The position numbers and the translations under genes were made by a program. A stretch of DNA of 64,000 bases, taken from an uncultured Luteolibacter sp. (GTDB taxonomy: Bacteria > Verrucomicrobiota > Verrucomicrobiia > Verrucomicrobiales > Akkermansiaceae). Below, piece by piece: positions 58,701 to 64,000 of this stretch (the first letter of the stretch is position 1; every line of letters begins with the position of its first letter). The notes under the pieces are model-generated. The model was not told where the DNA came from, ran no database searches, and saw only the letters and a list, made by a program, of their open reading frames with translations. The DNA lies in contig CAYWLC010000001.1 of NCBI GenBank assembly GCA_964458895.1, forward strand, positions 26,984-90,983. Reading direction: 5' to 3'.

Positions 58701-58749
58701 AGATATCAGAATAGGATTTGAAGTTACTTGTTATATTTTGAATAGGTAA
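58675..58749 (+). CDS. pqqA: Pyrroloquinoline quinone precursor peptide PqqA, 24 aa (not in ORF track)
   Basis: MKWKTPTYKDIRIGFEVTCYILNR matches the PqqA pattern W..P...D.R.GFEVT.Y..NR including ExxxY; AGGAG RBS 6 nt upstream. Confidence 0.9.
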   Translation: MKWKTPTYKDIRIGFEVTCYILNR

Positions 58750-58756
58750 ATGTATC

Positions 58757-58793
58757 ACATAGTGTACATAAAGACTTATTATGCACACTATGT
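58757..58793. terminator. Inverted repeat between convergent operons (probable bidirectional terminator)
   Basis: ACATAGTGTACATAA-7nt-TTATGCACACTATGT, 15-bp arms with 1 mismatch. Confidence 0.6.
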
Positions 58794-58808
58794 ATCATAT
58801 TTAATACA

Positions 58809-59165
58809 TTATTCTTTAGCTTCAGCCATCTTTTCTTTAGTTCTACCAAAAGCAGTAATACCGATAATAGCACCCATAGATAGATGATATAATCCTCCGC
58901 CTTGTAATGTAACTGCTTGCCACATTTCTAAATGTTGTCCAGGATTCATATATTGAAGTACATTATATAGAATTGGACCAACCATAAAGTCAAATAGACA
59001 AATTGCCATATAACTAATAGCCATCATTGGTCGCCATTTAGAAGTCATAAAATCTTCTTTTACTGCAGGTGAGACTGGTGTAGGTTCTTTTGCTAAATCA
59101 ATCATTGGTTCAATTTCCTTTTTAATTACTGGTTTTCTAGGTTTTCTCACTACTATATCTGCCAT
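58809..59165 (-). CDS. Holin-like membrane protein (GTA 3TM holin-like)
   Basis: WRPMMA..Y...C.FDF...P, GG..H..MGAI.GI.A.GRT.EK; AAGGAG RBS supports a start at 59165. Confidence 0.7.
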   Translation of the reverse strand: MADIVVRKPRKPVIKKEIEPMIDLAKEPTPVSPAVKEDFMTSKWRPMMAISYMAICLFDFMVGPILYNVLQYMNPGQHLEMWQAVTLQGGGLYHLSMGAIIGITAFGRTKEKMAEAKE

Positions 59166-59166
59166 A

Positions 59167-60225
59167 TTAATTTGCTCCTTGTTTAATAAAAATTTTATTA
59201 GTGGTTGTATCTGCACTTTGCAATTTCACCGTTGTTCCATCCTGTACCAGTGTTATATTGTAACCTCGGTCTTTGTTGAGTAATAATGTAGCGCTATGTT
59301 TTACTGATCTTTGTACCATCCAATTAGTCTGTTTATCAAATATGTACACTTGATTCTGTGAATTATATCCAGGAGCAAATGTACCTACTGCAAAAGCATC
59401 TTCTAATGCATTTGCCAAATATTCTATCAATAATGCATCAACATCTAATTCATTAAACTTTGCATACGGGTCAATGAATACTCTTACAGATAAAGCATCT
59501 TTATCTAATCCATTAAAATCTAGTGATGAACCAGATTTATTATCCTCAATTAATTTTTGTGTAATCTCTTTTGGTGGTTTTACTATCATCATATTAGTAA
59601 TAGCAGATTCATTGATTAACAACACTACCGGCTTCAATGGTTTAATTTCATTTGAAGTTGTTACTGTAGCCTGAAAAGCTTGATTCAATACAACAGAACC
59701 TACCGCAGTTCTAACTTCAATTTCACCTACTGAACCATCTAAGTTAGGTAACAATATAACCATTGACTGACCAATTTCATCAACTGTCATAGTGAAAGCT
59801 GTACCTCGAACCGCTATAGTTGCTGTAGGTGTATTAATAGCCACATTCTTATTATTAGCATGCGCTATATTACCAGAGGCATATCGTACAGTACCAATAG
59901 CGCATTTCAATGCCAACTTACCGACAGACTTGTTATTAGGATCATAGACGAAATCATCTATCACCAACTTACTATTATCTGTTACTTTTACTTGTGTATC
60001 ATCATCAAAAGATATACCTACTTCACCTTTACCTGTTTCAACTATATCTAATGATTCTATACTAACATCTTTCTTTGATTCTATTACTGTTTTATCACGT
60101 GTGATAGAAGCATTGCCTTTATGATTTATTACTGTACCAATACCAGCATTAATGTTGTGTGATATTAACAGTAGCGCCAGAACCAGTAAGATTAACAATG
60201 GCCGAATTTGGATTTGTTGTTCCAT
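59167..60225 (-). CDS. Exported FecR-domain protein
   Basis: Signal peptide; D.V.T..G...I.F.D.T.V....NS.L.ID.FVYDP, TPTATIAVRGT.F. Confidence 0.85.
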   Translation of the reverse strand: MEQQIQIRPLLILLVLALLLISHNINAGIGTVINHKGNASITRDKTVIESKKDVSIESLDIVETGKGEVGISFDDDTQVKVTDNSKLVIDDFVYDPNNKSVGKLALKCAIGTVRYASGNIAHANNKNVAINTPTATIAVRGTAFTMTVDEIGQSMVILLPNLDGSVGEIEVRTAVGSVVLNQAFQATVTTSNEIKPLKPVVLLINESAITNMMIVKPPKEITQKLIEDNKSGSSLDFNGLDKDALSVRVFIDPYAKFNELDVDALLIEYLANALEDAFAVGTFAPGYNSQNQVYIFDKQTNWMVQRSVKHSATLLLNKDRGYNITLVQDGTTVKLQSADTTTNKIFIKQGAN

Positions 60226-60859
60226 CTTGACTAATTCCTATGGTATTATTGCTTCCAATATTGGATATGGCGATATTATTACCAGCAATAAGATTAGTAC
60301 CATTAGCACCAGTTTGAGTAGTTGTGATTGCATTACCAGACCCCGTTACTATAAAAGTATTCTCAGTGTATTTACTATTAATAGTGCTCGTTAAAGTGTT
60401 ATTACTACCTGTAATGTTTGAAAGATATGAATAGTTTCCAGAATCATGTAATACTCCAATATTCAATACTGATGTGTTATTACTACCCGTGAAATTTAAA
60501 CTTAAAGTACCTGAACCAGTACCCATATTACCCATATTTAAATCAGTAGAGTTGCTATTACCAGTTTGTGTAATATCAGCAGTTGCTCCGCCACCAATTA
60601 GATTACCTGTTATAGCATTATTCATACCATCTTGTATAATATCAAACAACATAGAGTTGCCTTCTATTTGAAAAGAAGGTGACCCAATAGAATCTGGGTC
60701 ACCTACAGTATTATTTGCGCCGGTTTGTGTAATATTTACAGTAGAGTTATCAGCATTAGTTTGATCAATATAAACAGAATTGCCTCCACTGTCTCCTATT
60801 GATGATTGATTTATTACTGTAAGCATAACAAACAGTAATAGATTTCTTATGATGTTCAT
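60149..60859 (-). CDS. Curlin-like (CsgA/CsgB-type) repeat protein
   Basis: Signal peptide; about 23-aa N/Q/G repeats (I.Q.G..N, TGSNN). Confidence 0.7.
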   Translation of the reverse strand: MNIIRNLLLFVMLTVINQSSIGDSGGNSVYIDQTNADNSTVNITQTGANNTVGDPDSIGSPSFQIEGNSMLFDIIQDGMNNAITGNLIGGGATADITQTGNSNSTDLNMGNMGTGSGTLSLNFTGSNNTSVLNIGVLHDSGNYSYLSNITGSNNTLTSTINSKYTENTFIVTGSGNAITTTQTGANGTNLIAGNNIAISNIGSNNTIGISQDGTTNPNSAIVNLTGSGATVNITQH

Positions 60860-61648
60860 TTAATTATTCCTAAAAGTTGTTGAAAATTTCCATAATCTTT
60901 TTCTTTCGCCTTTAATGATTAATTCTTCCACTGCTAAATCTAATGCCGATTTAAGAGCATATATTCCTGCCTCAGTCTTAGTAGCACCAACTTCATTTTC
61001 AAATGATTGTGTTCCCATATCAAAAAACTTAAATACAGCAACACCAACCGTATAACTTAATATCGTCTTTTGTACATTAATAGTGAGTAAAACCTCACCA
61101 GTTTGTGTACTGATTGCTCGTAATGAAACAGTTACCATATCTTCCTGATATTGTGTATCTGGTCCAATTCCCATATAACGAAGTCCAATACCACCAGTTC
61201 TAATATTAGTATCATACGATACTATTGATCCTTCAATTATCATACCGGCATAAAGAATCGAACCTATTTGTTTATCATCTTGTGCTTCATCCCGAGCAGA
61301 CCTAATCAATTGTCTTTCTTTTAATAAATTATCAAGTCCAACTCGTTCTACAACTCTAAACCAATTACCTTCACCGGCATCCTCCAATGACTTTAATAAT
61401 ATAGATTCACCTCCTTGTGTTACAGCAGATGATAATTTTGCTATAGTGGCAGAATCTTTCCTTTGACCTGTCTTATCTAAAAATGAATATACAGCAACAA
61501 CTACCTTACCATCTTTAGGAGGAGGTAAGATTATTTCTCTTTTTTCCTTAACTGCTAATACTTCAGGTTCATTAGTAAATACATTAAACGGAGTTAATAT
61601 ACCACCTGAACATCCAGTTAATAATATGCACAATAATATAATACGCAT
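60860..61648 (-). CDS. csgG: Curli secretion channel CsgG-like lipoprotein
   Basis: Lipobox LTGC; AVYSF.DKTGQRK, SSAVTQG, WFRVVER.GL.NL.KERQLIRS. Confidence 0.92.
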   Translation of the reverse strand: MRIILLCILLTGCSGGILTPFNVFTNEPEVLAVKEKREIILPPPKDGKVVVAVYSFLDKTGQRKDSATIAKLSSAVTQGGESILLKSLEDAGEGNWFRVVERVGLDNLLKERQLIRSARDEAQDDKQIGSILYAGMIIEGSIVSYDTNIRTGGIGLRYMGIGPDTQYQEDMVTVSLRAISTQTGEVLLTINVQKTILSYTVGVAVFKFFDMGTQSFENEVGATKTEAGIYALKSALDLAVEELIIKGERKRLWKFSTTFRNN

Positions 61649-62079
61649 TAGAATGTAAAACTACCGACAGGTATTATTACTTGTGTTACATTACCATCCG
61701 CACCTGTAATAGTCATTGATATTTGGTCAGCTGTCTTGGTATACGTTATGGTATTACCTTCAATCTGAACTGTTCCACTATTCTGTGGATTTTCACCAAA
61801 TAAGTTGTTAATCAATTGGGTTGATAATTGAGCATAAACACGACTTTCAAAGTTATTCAGAAATTTCGAAAGATTAGTGTTCTTAGCTAATGCTGCAGCA
61901 TCCTTGGCATCTTGTAATTTCTGTACCTCTAATGCTTGTTTTCTAGTTGTTTCAGTATTTTCTATAGTTTGAACATGTGAAGAATATCCTATACCACTAA
62001 AGGCAGGCGATTTAAATGAAAAGATTTGTTCTGCTAATACATTACTTGATAATAATAAAAATAATATTAGAATTCTCAT
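61648..62079 (-). CDS. csgF: Curli assembly protein CsgF-like
   Basis: Signal peptide then FSFKSPAFSG; F....ESR.YAQLS; adjacent to csgG. Confidence 0.85.
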   Translation of the reverse strand: MRILILFLLLSSNVLAEQIFSFKSPAFSGIGYSSHVQTIENTETTRKQALEVQKLQDAKDAAALAKNTNLSKFLNNFESRVYAQLSTQLINNLFGENPQNSGTVQIEGNTITYTKTADQISMTITGADGNVTQVIIPVGSFTF

Positions 62080-62339
62080 TCGTTATCCTTTTGCTTATGT
62101 GCATTCTCCCGCATTTGTAACACAGTGTTTAGTTTTGCTGTGAGTCTAAGTAAATCATTATCAAGTAATCGTATTCTATCAATCAAAGTGATTAATTCTT
62201 TTGATGCTTCACCTAATACAGGATTAATTTCTTCAATGGTAAATGACCATACATACTTTACCATTCGTAACATATAACCTGCTGCTATGATTGGAAAACC
62301 ATATTTGTTTATAAGTTCGGCAATTTGTGTTATGTCCAT
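62076..62339 (-). CDS. Small single-TM coiled-coil protein
   Basis: INKYGFPIIAA..LIDRIRLLDNDL.RL. Confidence 0.7.
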   Translation of the reverse strand: MDITQIAELINKYGFPIIAAGYMLRMVKYVWSFTIEEINPVLGEASKELITLIDRIRLLDNDLLRLTAKLNTVLQMRENAHKQKDNE

Positions 62340-62623
62340 TAGTCTCTCCTAGCATCATTTTTGCCATCCATTCTGGATATTCTGTCTAAATCCGGCCTAA
62401 GTCCTAATACCGAAGATATAGTAACATCAATCTTAATCAATTCATGCGAGCAAGTTTTAACCCTATTCTCTAAAGCCATTACAATACTTGCTAATGTTTT
62501 AACTGAAGTAATAACATCACTTAAAACAAATTTTAATGCTGTAAATATGAATGCTCCGAGTACACAACTACCAAGTATTGGAGTTAGTGTGTCAGAAAAA
62601 AACTTAATATATTCTGGATTCAT
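62339..62623 (-). CDS. Small single-TM coiled-coil protein
   Basis: TM segment then L.NRVKT..H..IKID..LG..PD..RI.R.DGK.DARRD. Confidence 0.7.
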   Translation of the reverse strand: MNPEYIKFFSDTLTPILGSCVLGAFIFTALKFVLSDVITSVKTLASIVMALENRVKTCSHELIKIDVTISSVLGLRPDLDRISRMDGKNDARRD

Positions 62624-63051
62624 TTCTTAAGTTTTCCTACTTTCTCAACTATTTTAGTAGCATCATCAACTACCTCTTGTGCTTTTTCAACACCATCAGA
62701 AATCTTTTTCATTATAGTTGATTGTTTCTTTGGTGTAGACGTAACAGGAGTAGCACCATTATTATTCATTATTGCTGCAACTTCATGATGAACTTTTAAC
62801 GGAAGTGAATCAACATCAAGTGAATTAGATACTAATTTATCTAATTCTAATATATCAACGTTCATTTGACGAACTCTACCGTCCATGGACTTAATGAGTC
62901 CTATAATTTTTTTGATTGATTTTATTACAGATCCAAGCACTAATGAAATTGCTTGCATTATGAACCATCCACATACCACTGCTAGTGCTATAGGGAATCC
63001 ACATTGTTGGACAAGACTGAAAAAGTCAAAGTTAGGAATTCCGATATCCAT
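62620..63051 (-). CDS. Small single-TM coiled-coil protein
   Basis: GFPIA TM segment then MDGRVRQMNVDILELD; similar to the two downstream ORFs. Confidence 0.7.
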   Translation of the reverse strand: MDIGIPNFDFFSLVQQCGFPIALAVVCGWFIMQAISLVLGSVIKSIKKIIGLIKSMDGRVRQMNVDILELDKLVSNSLDVDSLPLKVHHEVAAIMNNNGATPVTSTPKKQSTIMKKISDGVEKAQEVVDDATKIVEKVGKLKK

Positions 63052-63079
63052 ATAATTAATCCATTAAATATATATATCC

Positions 63080-63087
63080 TATTTATA
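63080..63087 (-). promoter_or_regulatory. T4-type late promoter driving the csgF/csgG/fecR/holin operon
   Basis: TATTTATA on the + strand equals TATAAATA on the - strand, 28 nt upstream of the first ATG. Confidence 0.72.
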
Positions 63088-63118
63088 ATTTATTTACTTT
63101 TACTTGAGGCATTTAATA

Positions 63119-63310
63119 ATGATTGAAAACTTTATAAATGAAATTAGTGTTGTTAATACCACATCTGATGGTGAACCTATTTACTTTTACCATGGAGATG
63201 GACAGGGCGACTTTGAAAAGATGTATAGTAAAATTAAATCAATTAAATTATTAGATGATTATGAAGAGTATTTGAACACTCAACTAGAATACATAAAGGC
63301 TTCGCGTTGA
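63119..63310 (+). CDS. Hypothetical protein
   Basis: GAGG RBS before ATG 63119. Confidence 0.55.
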   Translation: MIENFINEISVVNTTSDGEPIYFYHGDGQGDFEKMYSKIKSIKLLDDYEEYLNTQLEYIKASR

Positions 63311-63350
63311 TTGTTTCTTTAAAAGAAATAGTCTATTTCCAAAATAAAAC

Positions 63351-63379
63351 GTTTACATTTCCTAAAACTATGATATAAT
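63351..63379 (+). promoter_or_regulatory. Early (host sigma70) promoter
   Basis: GTTTAC-17nt-TATAAT followed by AGACTCATAAA, as at 45459. Confidence 0.8.
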
Positions 63380-63410
63380 AGACTCATAAACTAAATAAAT
63401 GAGAACTAAA

Positions 63411-63581
63411 ATGAAAACAATACCTTATACCGAAATGCCTTTAAACGAATACGAAGAGTATGATCTTGATACGTTCACTGATGAACAACTTGAAGATTAT
63501 TACTATGATAATCCTGATGATAACGATGAAAAGATGGCAATCTATAATAACTATGGATACGAACTATGGGCACGAACCTAA
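63411..63581 (+). CDS. Small acidic early protein
   Basis: ATGAAAACA start like the other early cassettes (alternative start 63399). Confidence 0.6.
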   Translation: MKTIPYTEMPLNEYEEYDLDTFTDEQLEDYYYDNPDDNDEKMAIYNNYGYELWART

Positions 63582-63757
63582 TGAATGAGTTGAAAACATA
63601 TAATGTGAAAGTAGTAAATAAAATGGCTGTTGGTGTTTGGCCAAGAGCAGATGTTATTAGTGAATATGATAACCTTAGTTATGACCAAGTAACTAAAATA
63701 AAAGAAATATGGTCGACTGCAAAAGATTATAATGTAGTTATAAAAGAAAGTGAGTAA
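63581..63757 (+). CDS. Hypothetical early protein
   Basis: TAATG coupling with the upstream ORF. Confidence 0.55.
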   Translation: MNELKTYNVKVVNKMAVGVWPRADVISEYDNLSYDQVTKIKEIWSTAKDYNVVIKESE

Positions 63758-63761
63758 TAAA

Positions 63762-64000
63762 ATGAACAAACAAGATATTATAAATCTATTAAACAATAAT
63801 GATACTGCTATTTGCCGAGCTTTAGTAGTTATTAATGAAAGACAAACTGAAACTGAAAAGACCGCTTTAGGAACCATTAATGCAAATGGTCGTGGATTTA
63901 CTCCTGCCGATGCTTATATGGGTACTTCAATGGCTACTTATTATGATAAGTTTAAAAAACTATCTGAAAAGCAATTAGCGTATTGGAAAAAACCAAATGC
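63762..64000 (+). CDS. Hypothetical phage protein (3' truncated)
   Basis: MNKQDIINLL..RALVVINERQT..E...NGRGFT..DA; open to the window end. Confidence 0.65.
   Translation, partial: MNKQDIINLLNNNDTAICRALVVINERQTETEKTALGTINANGRGFTPADAYMGTSMATYYDKFKKLSEKQLAYWKKPN

Noticed and set aside
5685-60671. Many short antisense or out-of-frame ORFs in the track (e.g. 5685-5891, 21316-21600, 25639-26022, 44808-45212, 52140-52403, 56700-57131, 56759-57190)
   Set aside because: They lie within or opposite well-supported genes or structured RNA, lack an RBS and show no recognisable motifs, so they are treated as shadow ORFs
1-64000. Stop-codon reassignment
   Set aside because: Core genes are full length under the standard code, with TAA, TAG and TGA all acting as stops

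Overview
AT-rich 64-kb segment of a large lytic T4-like myovirus with a cyanophage/pelagiphage-type gene layout and the standard genetic code. From left to right it holds: baseplate and fibre genes; neck, terminase, tail and head genes (gp13-15, 17-23, gp3); two GIY-YIG-type homing endonucleases sharing a covarying structured leader; uvsY/uvsW/gp55/gp47/gp46; a vWA-metallopeptidase and AAA ATPase pair; clamp, clamp loader, regA and hsp20; and an accessory envelope region. That region carries a GH19 endolysin, a secreted nuclease and a CHASE2 adenylyl cyclase, converging on a late-promoter operon of three small membrane proteins, CsgF, CsgG, a curlin-like protein, a FecR-like protein and a holin. 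The most notable item absent from the ORF track is a 24-codon gene at 58675-58749 that reads as PqqA, the PQQ cofactor precursor peptide. Other highlights are the cyclase/curli/FecR signalling-like module, structured RNAs flanking hsp20, and head-core proteins that look like protease-cleaved cargo polyproteins. All assignments come from motif recognition by eye; no searches were run.
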